A stretch of 64,000 nt of DNA from Thermoprotei archaeon (GCA_003649205.1 QMRC01000003.1:32001-96000), one strand, 5' to 3'; counted from the stretch's first letter, positions 1 through 11,263 are shown. The notes: generated from the sequence alone by a model not told the origin. Program-made: numbers and translations.

Positions 1-2
1 TC

Positions 3-1757
3 TCAGGACCTCTAGTGATTGCTGAAGGTATGAGGGGTGTTCAGGTTTACGAAGTTGTTGAGGTTGGTGAGGATAGGTTAATTGGTGAGGTAATTGGTCT
101 TGATGGTGATAGAGCAATAATTCAGGTATATGAAGATACTTCAGGTCTAAGTGTTGGTGATAAGGTAGTTGGTACAGGTAGACCTCTTTGTGCTGAATTA
201 GGTCCAGGAATCATTGGCACGGTCTACGATGGATTACAGAGACCGTTATCGGTATTAACTGAAAAAGTGGGTCCTTTCGTTAGAAGAGGAGTTAAGGAGT
301 ACTCTCTCCCTAGGGACAAGAAGTGGCACTTTAAACCACTTGTGAAGGTTGGTGATAAGGTAGGTGAAGGAGATATCATCGGTATTGTTCAAGAGACTCC
401 ACTTGTTGAGCACAAGATAATGGTTCCACCAGGTATCTACGGTGTTGTTAAGGAGGTTGTTCCTGAAGGTGATTACACAATTGAGGAACCTGTAGCTATT
501 GTAGAGCGTGGTAGTGAGAAGTATGAGGTCAAGATGTACCAGCTGTGGCCTATAAGGAAGCCGAGACCCTATGTACAGAGACTTGATCCAGATGAGCCGT
601 TGATAACAGGAGTCAGGGTTATAGATATGTTATTTCCATTAGCTAAGGGTGGTACGGCAGCTGTACCTGGGGGTTTCGGTACAGGTAAGACAGTTCTACT
701 ACAGACCTTCGCTAAGTGGGCTGATGCACAGATCCACATATATGTTGGTTGTGGTGAGAGAGGCAATGAGATGGCCGATGCACTTCACAGCTTTCTCAGG
801 TTAAGAGATCCAAGATCCGGAAGACCTCTTAGAGAGAAGGCAATCTTCATAGCAAATACATCGAATATGCCTGTAGCAGCTAGAGAGACCAGTGTATTCC
901 TAGGTGTTACAATTGCTGAGTACTTCAGGGACATGGGTTACAATGTGCTTCTAGTTGCTGACTCAACATCTAGATGGGCGGAGGCAATGAGGGAGATTAG
1001 TGGTAGGTTAGAGGAGATGCCTGGTGAAGAGGGATTCCCTGCTTACCTAGGGTCTAGGCTAGCTTCGTTCTACGAGAGAGCAGGTAAGGTAGTGTGTCTG
1101 GGTAATCCGAGGAGAATAGGTTCAGTAACGATAGCTGGTGCAGTGTCGCCACCAGGTGCGGACTTCAGTGAGCCGGTTACACAAAACACACTCAGAATCG
1201 TTAGATGTCTCTTTGCTCTCGATGTAGCTCTAGCAAATAGGAGGCACTTCCCAGCAATCAACTGGTTAATCAGCTATAGTCTGTACGTTGATACTGTTGA
1301 GAGGTGGTGGGGTGAGAGAGTTGGTAAGGATTGGAGGTACTTGAGAGATAAGGCTATGGAGTTGCTTCAGAGGGAAGCTGAATTACAGGAAATTGTTAGG
1401 TTAGTCGGTCCTGAGGTACTTCCTGAGAGGGATAAGTTAGTTCTTGAAGTTGCTAGGATGATTAGAGAGGATTTCTTGATGCAGGACGCATTTGATCCAG
1501 TTGACTGTTACTCAGCTCCTGAGAAGACGTACTCTATGTTGAGGATAATCATTAAGTTCTATGAACATGGTGTGAAAGCTGTTGATTCCGGTATTCCTGT
1601 TGCTGAGATTAGGAAGTTACCCATTAGGACGACTATAGCTAGGTTGAAGTTCATGAGGAATGAAGAGGTTGTTGAGAAGGTTAAGGAGTACGAGAAGGAG
1701 CTTGAGAGAGAGTTCATGGAGTTAGGTAGTAAGTTTGGTGCAGGAGGTGTTGGGTAG
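3..1757 (+). CDS. atpA: A/V-type ATP synthase subunit A (5' end outside window)
   Basis: Frame open from position 3 ([10 protein letters not shown]); Walker [36 protein letters not shown]; no intein. Confidence 0.98.
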   Translation, partial: SGPLVIAEGMRGVQVYEVVEVGEDRLIGEVIGLDGDRAIIQVYEDTSGLSVGDKVVGTGRPLCAELGPGIIGTVYDGLQRPLSVLTEKVGPFVRRGVKEYSLPRDKKWHFKPLVKVGDKVGEGDIIGIVQETPLVEHKIMVPPGIYGVVKEVVPEGDYTIEEPVAIVERGSEKYEVKMYQLWPIRKPRPYVQRLDPDEPLITGVRVIDMLFPLAKGGTAAVPGGFGTGKTVLLQTFAKWADAQIHIYVGCGERGNEMADALHSFLRLRDPRSGRPLREKAIFIANTSNMPVAARETSVFLGVTIAEYFRDMGYNVLLVADSTSRWAEAMREISGRLEEMPGEEGFPAYLGSRLASFYERAGKVVCLGNPRRIGSVTIAGAVSPPGADFSEPVTQNTLRIVRCLFALDVALANRRHFPAINWLISYSLYVDTVERWWGERVGKDWRYLRDKAMELLQREAELQEIVRLVGPEVLPERDKLVLEVARMIREDFLMQDAFDPVDCYSAPEKTYSMLRIIIKFYEHGVKAVDSGIPVAEIRKLPIRTTIARLKFMRNEEVVEKVKEYEKELEREFMELGSKFGAGGVG

Positions 1758-1758
1758 T

Positions 1759-3210
1759 ATGAGTACTATGGAGGTACCTAAGGTACCTCTGTGCTATAGG
1801 GAAACCTCATCTCTAAGAGCTACAAAAGGTTCTCTACTCCTTGTTGAGACTGTTCCAGGTGTTAAGTACGGCGAGATAGTTGAGGTTGAGCTAGGTAGTG
1901 GTGAAGTTAGGTACGGTCAAGTAATTGATGTTAGTAAGGACGTCACTGTGATTCAGGTATTCGGTGGTGTAAGTGAAGTCGATATGGTGAAGTGCCGTGT
2001 AAGGTTTAGAGGAGAAACCCTTAAGCTACCTGTATCACTAGATATGTTGGGTAGAATCTTCGACGGTCTCGGTAGACCAATAGATGGCGGACCACCGATA
2101 GTACCTGAAGAGTACCTAGATATCAACGGTGCACCAATTAATCCAGCAGCGAGAATGCCTCCTTCTGAATTCATTGAGACAGGTATATCAGCTATAGATG
2201 GTCTTAACTCACTTGTTAGAGGTCAGAAGTTACCAATATTCTCAGGTTCAGGACTACCACACAATAGGATAGCCGCACAGATAGTGAGACAAGCAACTGT
2301 AAGAGGTAAGGAGGAGAAGTTCGCCGTAGTCTTCGCAGCTATAGGTGTTACGTATGACGATGCAGCATTCTTCATAAGGAACTTCAAAGAGGCAGGTATC
2401 CTAGATAGGACAATAGTCTTCATAAATACAGCAGCGGATCCTGTCATTCAGAGAATAGCAACTCCAAGAGCAGCTTTAACAGCAGCTGAGTACCTAGCAT
2501 GGTACCATGATATGCACGTACTAGTGATACTCACAGACATGACAAACTACTGTGAGGCACTGAGAGAGATATCTGCAGCGAGAGAGGAGGTTCCAGGTAG
2601 GAGAGGTTACCCAGGTTACATGTATACAGACCTAGCTACCATATACGAGAGAGCAGGTAGGATATGGGGTAAGAAAGGCTCAATAACGATAATGCCAATA
2701 CTGACGATGCCAGATGACGATATAACACACCCAATACCTGACCTCACTGGTTACATAACTGAAGGACAGATAGTGCTGTCTAGAGACCTACAGAGAAAGG
2801 GGATCTACCCACCAGTTGATGTGTTCCTATCACTCTCGAGACTAATGAAGGAAGGGATTGGTGAAGGAAAGACACGAGAAGATCACCCATACGTATTTAG
2901 ACAGCTCTACGCAGCATACGCTGAAGGCTGTCACCTGAGAGAGATAGCATCTATTGTTGGCATGGAAGCACTAAGTCCAAGAGATAAGAAGTACCTAGAG
3001 TTTGCTGACGTATTTGAGAGGAAGTTCATCAACCAGGGAGAGTATGAGAGGAGATCCATTGAGGATACTCTAGATCTAGCTTGGGACCTACTAGCTATGT
3101 TACCGGAAGAGGAGCTCAAACTGATTAGACCTGAGCTAATAGAGAGGTACCATCCAAAATATAGGAGAGGTCGAGAAGCTGGCTCACACACTTCGTCTAC
3201 TCAGGGTTAG
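1759..3210 (+). CDS. atpB: A/V-type ATP synthase subunit B
   Basis: [43 protein letters not shown]; ATG 1759 follows SD GGAGGTG (1743-1749). Confidence 0.97.
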   Translation: MSTMEVPKVPLCYRETSSLRATKGSLLLVETVPGVKYGEIVEVELGSGEVRYGQVIDVSKDVTVIQVFGGVSEVDMVKCRVRFRGETLKLPVSLDMLGRIFDGLGRPIDGGPPIVPEEYLDINGAPINPAARMPPSEFIETGISAIDGLNSLVRGQKLPIFSGSGLPHNRIAAQIVRQATVRGKEEKFAVVFAAIGVTYDDAAFFIRNFKEAGILDRTIVFINTAADPVIQRIATPRAALTAAEYLAWYHDMHVLVILTDMTNYCEALREISAAREEVPGRRGYPGYMYTDLATIYERAGRIWGKKGSITIMPILTMPDDDITHPIPDLTGYITEGQIVLSRDLQRKGIYPPVDVFLSLSRLMKEGIGEGKTREDHPYVFRQLYAAYAEGCHLREIASIVGMEALSPRDKKYLEFADVFERKFINQGEYERRSIEDTLDLAWDLLAMLPEEELKLIRPELIERYHPKYRRGREAGSHTSSTQG

Positions 3211-3817
3211 ACCAACCAAGATAGAGCTCATTCGTTTGAGAAGGAGATTAGCACTTGCGAGGAAGATACATAGGATACTCAAGGATAGATTATCCCTGCT
3301 AGTTAATGAGTACTTAGTACATGCTAGAGAAGCAATAGAGAAGAGAAGTAGAGTTGTTGAGCTGCTTGCTAAGTCTTATGACAAGGTATCTCTAGCACTA
3401 GGTATGAATGGTTTAGAGGTCTGTGAGAGTATTGCCTCTATACTACCTAAGTACGTGACCATACTGGTTGCTACGAGGAATATCTTAGGACTTTCCGTAC
3501 CGGTTCTCGAATCTAAGGTGAAGCCACCACTGTACCCACTCTACATAACTTCTAGCTACGTAGATGACGCAGTTAGAACATGTAGGGAACTACTCCCTGA
3601 ACTCATTGAGTTAGCAGAGCTTGAGAAGACAATGGAAAGGCTATCTCTAGAAATCATTAAAATGAGGAGAAGAGTCAATGCTCTCGAGTACATTGTTATA
3701 CCACGAATTGAAGCAACAATCAAGTACTTAAGAATGAAGTTCGAGGAGAGGGAGAGAGAGGATAAAGCTAGATTGAAGAGAATTAAGGTTGTTTTAAGTA
3801 GGAGGAGAGGGAGTTAA
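3179..3817 (+). CDS. atpD: A/V-type ATP synthase subunit D (probable CTG start)
   Basis: [13 protein letters not shown]; the conserved N-terminal RPTKIEL lies upstream of the ORF-track TTG at 3236; CTG at 3179 is preceded by GAGGT. Confidence 0.92.
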   Translation: MAHTLRLLRVRPTKIELIRLRRRLALARKIHRILKDRLSLLVNEYLVHAREAIEKRSRVVELLAKSYDKVSLALGMNGLEVCESIASILPKYVTILVATRNILGLSVPVLESKVKPPLYPLYITSSYVDDAVRTCRELLPELIELAELEKTMERLSLEIIKMRRRVNALEYIVIPRIEATIKYLRMKFEEREREDKARLKRIKVVLSRRRGS

Positions 3818-4296
3818 TGTATAGTATAGTGAATGATCGGGATTATAGACTTCTTGAGGAGTATCTTAAGGAGGAGCTTAGAATAGCTAATGCTCATTTA
3901 CCTCAGAGAAGAAAGACATTGAAACAATTACTAGAGGAAGATATTCCTCATGTACTGTGTAGAGATGGTAGAGTGCATGTCTTTAAGAGGAGAGAATTGG
4001 AGTACTTACTCAGTATCGTTGGTGAGGATAGAGCCGATGAGCTTCTCCTCCCAATACTAATAGAAATAGATCCATCCTTCAGTGAGTTAGTTGGTGTCGT
4101 TAAGGGTGTGCTTGAAGTCGAGGTGATATCTAAGGTACTAGGTATTAGACCTGAGAAGGTAGATGCTATGTATTTGTACAGGTCTCAGCTATGTGAGGTT
4201 AGGAAAAAGTTAAGGACAACAACTCAGTACGTATTTTCAACAAAGTACTTACTTGAGGAATTTAGAAGCTTGAAGGAAGAGGGTAAACTTACTTGA
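3817..4296 (+). CDS. DUF61/UPF0216 family protein
   Basis: N(A)HLPQRRKTLKQLL, RDGRVHVFKRRELE, LPILIE, TTTQYVF pattern. Confidence 0.8.
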   Translation: MYSIVNDRDYRLLEEYLKEELRIANAHLPQRRKTLKQLLEEDIPHVLCRDGRVHVFKRRELEYLLSIVGEDRADELLLPILIEIDPSFSELVGVVKGVLEVEVISKVLGIRPEKVDAMYLYRSQLCEVRKKLRTTTQYVFSTKYLLEEFRSLKEEGKLT

Positions 4297-4999
4297 GCAC
4301 TACTCTGACGTCAACGATCTTAACTCCTCTACCCTTCTCATATACGAACACTGGATTGAGGTCTAGCTGATGAACGTAATCAGCTAGGTCGCTGAGCATT
4401 TGAGATGCCTTAACCATAGTATCTACGAGCGCATCGAGATCTGCTGGCGGTTCACCTCTATAACCCTTCAGTATGGGTGCACCCTTAATACTCTCAATCA
4501 TTTCCCAAGCTTCTTCTCTAGTTAGTGGCGCTAATCTAAATGTTACATCTCTAAGTATCTCAACGAAGATTCCTCCAAGACCAAACATTATTACTGGACC
4601 AAAGGTTTCGTCAACGATACCACCAATGATGACTTCCCTTCCATATGGAGCCATGTGGTGTACACATATTCCGTGAACTCTAGCACTTGGTGCTTTGACC
4701 TTAACCCGTTCCATGATTTCCGTAAATGACTTCCTAACCTCTTCCTCACTATTTAACCCAACCACAACACCACCAATATCCGACTTATGAGTTATGTCTG
4801 GCGAAACTATCTTAAGCACAACAGGAAAACCCGCTTGTTTAGCATATTCAACAGCTTCATCTGGATTCTTTGCGAGAAATACTCTCGGTACTGGTAACCC
4901 GTACTCAGCAGCTAGCCTCATAGCTTCATAAAATGTCAGTACTTTCCTACCTTCAGATTTTACAGAGTTAATTATCTCAAGAACTTTCTCACTTGGCAT
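4289..4999 (-). CDS. ADP-forming acyl-CoA synthetase beta subunit (ATP-grasp)
   Basis: GFPVVLKIVSPDITHKSDIGGV, FGPVIMFGLGGIFVE, LDLNP; ATG 4999 follows GGTGA. Confidence 0.92.
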   Translation of the reverse strand: MPSEKVLEIINSVKSEGRKVLTFYEAMRLAAEYGLPVPRVFLAKNPDEAVEYAKQAGFPVVLKIVSPDITHKSDIGGVVVGLNSEEEVRKSFTEIMERVKVKAPSARVHGICVHHMAPYGREVIIGGIVDETFGPVIMFGLGGIFVEILRDVTFRLAPLTREEAWEMIESIKGAPILKGYRGEPPADLDALVDTMVKASQMLSDLADYVHQLDLNPVFVYEKGRGVKIVDVRVVLK

Positions 5000-5115
5000 A
5001 GGAATCACCTTAAGTAGTTTTTGTGAGGTGTATCACATGTTACTTATAACACTTTTCCTAAGTCGGTACGTATTAGGTGTGTATAAATTCACTACTGAGA
5101 GGTCCGGGGGTTTCT

Positions 5116-6039
5116 ATGGTCGTTAGGAAACTAGAGGTATTTGGAATACCTCTACCCGAGATCACTCCAGGTACTGATCTAGCTAGAACCATTGTGGAGT
5201 CAGCTAATAGACTCGGTATTGGTATTAGGGATGGTGATGTCATTGTAGTGACATCAAAGGTAGTTTCTAAGGCTATGGGTTTACTAGTGAAGATTAGTGA
5301 TGTTAGACCGAGTACTAAGGCTAGGATCATAGCTAGGATCCTTGGCAAACCAGCATGGGAGGTAGAGCTAATACTTAGGAACTCTAAACGTATCTTAGGT
5401 GCATTCCCTGCACATATGCTACTTAAACATTCAACGATTTTGAACTACATATCCCGTGATAGAGATAGAGCATTAAAAGTTATCGAGAGTGATAGGTACC
5501 TCATGATCGTTGACGTTGGGTATAGGGTAGCTACAGATGCTGGAATAGACACATCAAATGTACCTTCAGGGTACGTTTGCTTACCACCATCAGACCCAGA
5601 TAGAGTTGCTAGAGGGATTAGGGATAGGATAAGGGAGCTGACTGGTTGTGATGTTGCAGTTATTCTGAGTGATACTGAAGGATCAGTTCTTAGAGTTGGT
5701 TCACTAGATATAGCTATTGGTGCCTCAGGTATAGTTCCTGTTACAGCAAAATTCGGTGAGAGCGATAGATTTGGTAAATCTAAGTATGGTGGTGTTGACT
5801 TGATTGCTGATGAGTTGTGTGCTACTGCTGCCCTCTTGATGGGGCAAACTGGTGAGTCCATACCTGTTGTATTGATTCGAGGTTTAAACTATGAGAGGAG
5901 TAATCTGGAGCTAGGTAGGTTCAGGGTTCCGAGAGGTTTGCTCCTTAAAGCACTCATGCTCGGTATCTTGATCAGTGTGGTTATTAGGTTTCTCTTAGCT
6001 ATATTCTCGGTAGTTGATTTGTTGAGAGGTAGGTGGTAA
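5116..6039 (+). CDS. CofE-family gamma-glutamyl ligase-like protein with hydrophobic C-terminal tail
   Basis: LPEITPGTDL, VVTSKVVSKA, AGIDTSN, ADELCATAALLMGQ, PVVLIRG. Confidence 0.82.
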   Translation: MVVRKLEVFGIPLPEITPGTDLARTIVESANRLGIGIRDGDVIVVTSKVVSKAMGLLVKISDVRPSTKARIIARILGKPAWEVELILRNSKRILGAFPAHMLLKHSTILNYISRDRDRALKVIESDRYLMIVDVGYRVATDAGIDTSNVPSGYVCLPPSDPDRVARGIRDRIRELTGCDVAVILSDTEGSVLRVGSLDIAIGASGIVPVTAKFGESDRFGKSKYGGVDLIADELCATAALLMGQTGESIPVVLIRGLNYERSNLELGRFRVPRGLLLKALMLGILISVVIRFLLAIFSVVDLLRGRW

Positions 6040-6040
6040 C

Positions 6041-6322
6041 ATGGTTGTTAGGAGAGCCAGGATCATTGTCAAGGGATTAGTTCAAGGTGTTGGTTTTAGG
6101 TACTTCATCTATAAACATGCTAGAATGCTTGGGTTGAGAGGTTATGTTAGGAATTTACCAAGTGGTAGAGAAGTCGAGATTGTGGTTGAAGGTGATGAGG
6201 CTTCTATTCAGAGGTTAATTGAGGCTGCGAGAAGGGGTTCTCCATTAGCTATTGTTGAGTCTATAGAGGTTGAGTGGGAGGAGGTGAAAGGTGACTTCAA
6301 AACATTTACTATAGTATTCTAG
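6041..6322 (+). CDS. acyP: Acylphosphatase
   Basis: VQGVGFRY and GYVRN signature motifs, 93 aa. Confidence 0.95.
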   Translation: MVVRRARIIVKGLVQGVGFRYFIYKHARMLGLRGYVRNLPSGREVEIVVEGDEASIQRLIEAARRGSPLAIVESIEVEWEEVKGDFKTFTIVF

Positions 6323-6382
6323 CTTTACTTAGGTTAACTGTGTTATAATTCACCGCGTACCCACTATAGTTGGTGATCTTCT

Positions 6383-7120
6383 GTGGAGAGCTATAGGAGG
6401 TTTTTAAACATAGTCGTGAGTATTCTTGAGAAAGTTGTTCAGGAAGAGAGGGATAATCTTGAGAGAGCAGCGAACTGCATGGTTGAGACCATAGCTAGTG
6501 GTAGGTTCATTTATGTATTTGGTACAGGTCACTCAATGATGATGGCTATGGAGATGTTCTATAGGGCTGGTGGACTAGTACCAGTGTATCCGCTTCTCGA
6601 TCTCTCGATATCTGGTTTAAATGGAGCTGTCAAGAGTACAGGTATTGAGAGGTTGAGCGGGTATGCTAGGGTATTGCTGGATTACTATGGTGTTGAAGCA
6701 GGTTCAACTCTCATAGTGGTATCTAACTCTGGTAAGAATGCTGTACCTGTAGAGATGGCTTATGAAGCGAGGAAGAGAGGCATCAAGGTCATTGCAATAA
6801 CATCAACTGAATACTCAAAATCTGTAACACCAGATAATCCACTTGGTAAGAGATTATTTGAAGTAGCCGATGTAGTTATTGACAATAAAGTTCCTATTGG
6901 TGATGCAGTGTACGAGGTAAAGGGTTTACCGCAGAAGATAGCTCCAGTATCTACAATAGTGAACTCCTTCATTATTCAACTACTTACAATTAGAACTGTT
7001 GAAAAGTTACTTGAGAGGGGAATTGAACCAGAGATCTGGATGAGTGCTAATGTTCCTGGAGGAGTAGAGTACAATAGAAGGTACTTAAGTAAGTACTTCA
7101 AGGTAATTAAACCACTTTAG
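6383..7120 (+). CDS. SIS-domain sugar isomerase-like protein (UPF0309)
   Basis: FGTGHS, FYRAGGL, SNSGKN, GDA, SANVPGG. Confidence 0.88.
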   Translation: MESYRRFLNIVVSILEKVVQEERDNLERAANCMVETIASGRFIYVFGTGHSMMMAMEMFYRAGGLVPVYPLLDLSISGLNGAVKSTGIERLSGYARVLLDYYGVEAGSTLIVVSNSGKNAVPVEMAYEARKRGIKVIAITSTEYSKSVTPDNPLGKRLFEVADVVIDNKVPIGDAVYEVKGLPQKIAPVSTIVNSFIIQLLTIRTVEKLLERGIEPEIWMSANVPGGVEYNRRYLSKYFKVIKPL

Positions 7121-7129
7121 TCGAGGTGT

Positions 7130-8299
7130 GTGGTAGTGAAGAGAGCATTTATTGGTTCCCAGGTACTAACACCAGAAACTGAATACCGTAACTATGCTGT
7201 ATTAGTTAGTGAGGGCTATATAGAGGGTTTAGTACCAGCAGATAAGGTGCCGTGTAACTACGAGGTGATTGACTTCAGTGACTACATCATAGTACCAGGT
7301 CTCATAGACATACACATACATGGGTATGGAGGTCACGACACGACACTAGGTACGGTAGAGGATCTGGTTGAGATAGGTAGAGGGGTTTCTAGACATGGGG
7401 TTACAGCTATTCTGTTAGCTAATGTAGCTGCACCAAGGGATAAGTTACTCGAAATTGCTAGAAATGTGAAGGATGCTGTTAGGAGATCTAGAGAGAAGGT
7501 CGTAGGTGCAGAAATCCTTGGACTATATCTAGAGGGACCTTTTGTTAATCCAGAGAAGAAGGGAGCGCACAATCCAAAGCACTTGAGGAAACCTGATATA
7601 GGTGAGCTAGAAGAGCTGTATAGAGTTTCGGAAGGTACCTTGAGAGTCGTAGCTATTGCGCCTGAACTCCCAAACGCTCTCGAGTTCATCGAAAGAGCTA
7701 AGCAACTCGGTCTCGTAGTTTCTGCCGCTCACACTAACGCGACATATGAGGAAGCTATGAGGGCATTCAATGCTGGTGTAACTCTCTGTACCCATCTGTT
7801 CAATGCCATGAGGGGATTTCACCATCGTGAACCAGGTATTGTAGGTGCTGCACTTGAGAGAGATGATGTGTATGTAGAGCTGATAGTCGATTTGATACAT
7901 CTTCACCCGACAACGATAAGACTTGTCACTAAGTGTAAGCCGGTCGACAAGGTAATTCTTATAACTGATGCTATTGCAGCTACAGGGTTACCCGATGGAG
8001 AGTACGTGCTTGGTGATCTACCTATAGTTGTCAAAGGAGGTATTAGTAGGTTAAAAGATACAGGTGCTCTTGCTGGTAGCACACTGACTCTCGATAGAGC
8101 TATTAAGAACATGGTTGAGGTTACTAAGCTTCCTCTACGAGAAGTGCTTAAAATGGTTACTGTGAATCCAGCGACTGTACTCGGTGAGAAAAGACGGGGT
8201 AGGGTAGATGTGGGGTATATAGCTAACTTGACGGTATTAGATAAGGAGCTAAATGTGGTAGCTACTGTCGTTAGAGGGGAGGTAGTGTATCAACGTTAG
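7130..8299 (+). CDS. nagA: N-acetylglucosamine-6-phosphate deacetylase
   Basis: PGLIDIHIHG, LEGPF, KKGAH, THLFNAM, LITDA, LAGSTL. Confidence 0.95.
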   Translation: MVVKRAFIGSQVLTPETEYRNYAVLVSEGYIEGLVPADKVPCNYEVIDFSDYIIVPGLIDIHIHGYGGHDTTLGTVEDLVEIGRGVSRHGVTAILLANVAAPRDKLLEIARNVKDAVRRSREKVVGAEILGLYLEGPFVNPEKKGAHNPKHLRKPDIGELEELYRVSEGTLRVVAIAPELPNALEFIERAKQLGLVVSAAHTNATYEEAMRAFNAGVTLCTHLFNAMRGFHHREPGIVGAALERDDVYVELIVDLIHLHPTTIRLVTKCKPVDKVILITDAIAATGLPDGEYVLGDLPIVVKGGISRLKDTGALAGSTLTLDRAIKNMVEVTKLPLREVLKMVTVNPATVLGEKRRGRVDVGYIANLTVLDKELNVVATVVRGEVVYQR

Positions 8300-8915
8300 C
8301 TGTTTGCTAACATGTTATGAGTCACCGAAGAATTAACATAGCAATTCCTCAATACCTCCATACGTGTGTTTTCTACCTCCAATAACTATCAAGAACTTCA
8401 TGTTGTTTTCAGGTAGTGCTACTCCGCTATATCCCGTATACCCATGTAATACATATCTGCTCTGGTCACCTTACATGTAAGTGCCGTGGTAGTACAAATG
8501 CAGTTCATGACCATGGGCCCTACCTCATGAACAACCTAACTAACTTATTGACTCTACTCACTGTACTCTAGCACAGAGCAAAATTACCTACTAGCTCACG
8601 TACTTCACCCAATTTATTTGCCAGATTAAACTTGCTATGCCTTCCTCCCGACATCAAAGGTATTTAGGATGACTATATAGTAGCAAGCTCAACATTTGAA
8701 ATACCATTTATTGGAAACAATTTAGTGACAGAGACCACAGCAGCTACTACAAGACCCTCATACAACCTATGCTCTTAGTTAATTTCCTCGAAAAATATCG
8801 TCTCTACCTTAAACCACATGGTATATAATGACCTCTTGATCGCGGGTAGATCCTTCAGCTCTGAGAAACTTCATCAATTTCATAAATAATCTTCTCAGTA
8901 GGAAGGATTTAGGGG

Positions 8916-10193
8916 ATGAACTTGAACATTGGGTATGCAAGAACAGAGCTTAAACCACCGATCAACCTATCTCTTGCTGGGTATTTGGAGAGGAATTACA
9001 GGAGTATTAAGTCGAGAGGTTTTCTAGATACCTTAGAGTTATCTACCCTACTTATTGAGCTAGGTGATAAGAGGGTAGCAGTGGTTTCACTAGATACTCT
9101 CCACATATCAGAAGCTATCAGAAACTTAGTAGTTAGTACGTGTAGGAAAGTAGTTGATTGTGACTACTGTGTGGTTACAGCAACACATACTCACTCCGGT
9201 CCTGTGCTAGATCTTGAGGATCCATTCTACAGGATCTTCAGTGTTGATCCATCTACCGATAGGGAGCTTTTGAGTGGATTCTATCCACAGCTTAGACAGG
9301 TACTTAGGGAAGTGTTTGAGAAGGTTACTGAAACCCGTAGGGTTAATTGTATCAAGCTGTATAGAGTTGAGGGTGGTGTTGCTGCTAATAGGAGAGATCC
9401 TTCAGGTCCTGTAGATAGGGAGATTACAGTATTTCGCTTCAGGGCTGAGGATTTAGATCTACTTTGTCTAGTGTATGGTTGTCATCCAACTGTATTAGGT
9501 CCTGATAATGCTTACTACAGTGGCGATTTCACGTACTACGTGAGGGAGTACTTACGTAGGTTCCTCAATTGTGAGGTAATGTGGTTTACTGGTGCTTGTG
9601 GTGATGTATCTACTAGATTTACTAGGAGGGGTAGGGGAGTTAGTGAAGCTAGGAGAGTAGGCTATGTACTTGGTTCTACTGTAGCTACAGCTCTCTTCTC
9701 TGAAACAGCTCTGGAACTCCCTACTGAGCACTTATGTGTTGAGGTTGAGGAGTTAGATGTCGGTACTAGTGTACCTGAGATTGAGGAGGTTCTTGAGAGG
9801 AAGCGTTCTATAGAGGAGAAGATAAGGAGGTTGAAAGAGGTACCTATACAGTTGAGACATGAACTATTAGCTCTTGAACTTCTGGAGAAGTACTACGATG
9901 TACTTTGTAGAGTTCCTAAGGTAGTTAAAGTACGTCACACAGCTATAGCATTAAGCGATGTAGCTCTAACATTTGTACCGTACGAAATGTTTGCACAGTA
10001 CTCATTAGCATTGAAGCAGCTAAACTGTACCCTAGTGTGCTATGCTGATTCGTACTTAGGTTACCTACCTACACCAAGTGCCATTAAGATTGGTGGATAC
10101 GAAACTCTCTTCACGGTACTGAACTTCAGAGAGATCCCGAAGATAGTGTCTAGCGTAGTTAGAGTGACGCTTAGAGCTTTACTTTCTGCTTAG
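8916..10193 (+). CDS. Neutral/alkaline ceramidase-like amidohydrolase
   Basis: ATHTHSGP, CHPTVLG, GACGDVS, GYLPT..GGYE motifs. Confidence 0.75.
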   Translation: MNLNIGYARTELKPPINLSLAGYLERNYRSIKSRGFLDTLELSTLLIELGDKRVAVVSLDTLHISEAIRNLVVSTCRKVVDCDYCVVTATHTHSGPVLDLEDPFYRIFSVDPSTDRELLSGFYPQLRQVLREVFEKVTETRRVNCIKLYRVEGGVAANRRDPSGPVDREITVFRFRAEDLDLLCLVYGCHPTVLGPDNAYYSGDFTYYVREYLRRFLNCEVMWFTGACGDVSTRFTRRGRGVSEARRVGYVLGSTVATALFSETALELPTEHLCVEVEELDVGTSVPEIEEVLERKRSIEEKIRRLKEVPIQLRHELLALELLEKYYDVLCRVPKVVKVRHTAIALSDVALTFVPYEMFAQYSLALKQLNCTLVCYADSYLGYLPTPSAIKIGGYETLFTVLNFREIPKIVSSVVRVTLRALLSA

Positions 10194-10902
10194 CAGTTTT
10201 CCACTCATCGACGATTCTTACACCTGCTGAGGATCCAAGAACATCAGCACCAGCAGCCACTAATGTAAGAGCATCTTCAAGATGTCTAATACCACCTGCA
10301 GCCTTGACCTTGAGGCCACGGCTGTGGGCTACCTGAGCTAGCAGTGACACGTCGTGAACTGTTGCTCTACCAGGTCCAAAACCTGTACAGGTCTTAACGA
10401 AATCAGCACCAGCACGTGAGAGAACTTGAGCAACTCTTTCCTTCTCTTCGTCACTTAAGTAACCCGTCTCAATAATTACCTTTAGAATCCCTCCATATGA
10501 GTGGACAACCTCAGCAACAGCCCTAACCTCTTCCTCAATGTACTTCCACTCACCACTCTTCAGAGCTTGTACGTTAATCACCATATCTATGTCATCTGCA
10601 CCTAACTCCATGTACTTCCTAGCTTCAAAAATCTTAACATCAGTAATCTGGTAACCATGCGGAAAACCAACAACAGTACAAATCCTAACACCACTACCCT
10701 TCAATAACTTAACTACATGAGGTACGTGGTGTGGGCTGATGCAGAAAGCTCTGAATCCGTACTCCTTAACTCGTTCACACTCTTTAACCACAACATCTAG
10801 AGGAGCAGAGGGATCTAGCAATGTATGGTCTACGACCTTAGGTAAGTTACTCCACACCTCCTTTACACGCTGAAGACCTAGAAGTAGCTCAATAATTCTC
10901 AT
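10171..10902 (-). CDS. deoC: Deoxyribose-phosphate aldolase
   Basis: DHTLL, VVGFPHG, DIDMVIN, LKVIIET, FVKTCTGF, KAAGGIR. Confidence 0.95.
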   Translation of the reverse strand: MRIIELLLGLQRVKEVWSNLPKVVDHTLLDPSAPLDVVVKECERVKEYGFRAFCISPHHVPHVVKLLKGSGVRICTVVGFPHGYQITDVKIFEARKYMELGADDIDMVINVQALKSGEWKYIEEEVRAVAEVVHSYGGILKVIIETGYLSDEEKERVAQVLSRAGADFVKTCTGFGPGRATVHDVSLLAQVAHSRGLKVKAAGGIRHLEDALTLVAAGADVLGSSAGVRIVDEWKTAKQKVKL

Positions 10903-10979
10903 AAACAATCCCCGTCGGTACTGACAGTTCGAAAAATATGTAAGTTAGTTGTTTTCCTCAATGACTTGAGGTAGAGAAT

Positions 10980-11213
10980 ATGAGCGCATGGTCTGAAATA
11001 AAGGGTGAACTAGTAAAGAAGGTTAAGGAGCTGTTTAAGGATGCTGAAGTAAGTGAGTACCCTTACTACATCCGTGTAAAGATAGGAGAGAAATCCTACC
11101 GCATACTCTACAGCTATGGTCAACTCAGAATACTGGATGAAGCAACCAAGAAGGTAGCCATAACAGGTACTCTAGACAAAACTATTGAGACACTGAAGGA
11201 GTTAATTAAGTAG
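10980..11213 (+). CDS. Small Lys-rich hypothetical protein (77 aa)
   Basis: SD GAGGT before ATG; typical codon usage; no family recognised. Confidence 0.7.
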   Translation: MSAWSEIKGELVKKVKELFKDAEVSEYPYYIRVKIGEKSYRILYSYGQLRILDEATKKVAITGTLDKTIETLKELIK

Positions 11214-11263
11214 TCAGGAAGCCGGAAGACACATCACCAATCAGCCCCTAGTTGCTTCATCAC
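11214..11263 (-). ncRNA. Box C/D guide sRNA (likely 16S rRNA targets)
   Basis: C GTGATGA, guide AGCAACTAGGGG, D' CTGA, C' GTGATGT, guide GTCTTCCGGCTTC, D CTGA. Confidence 0.9.
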
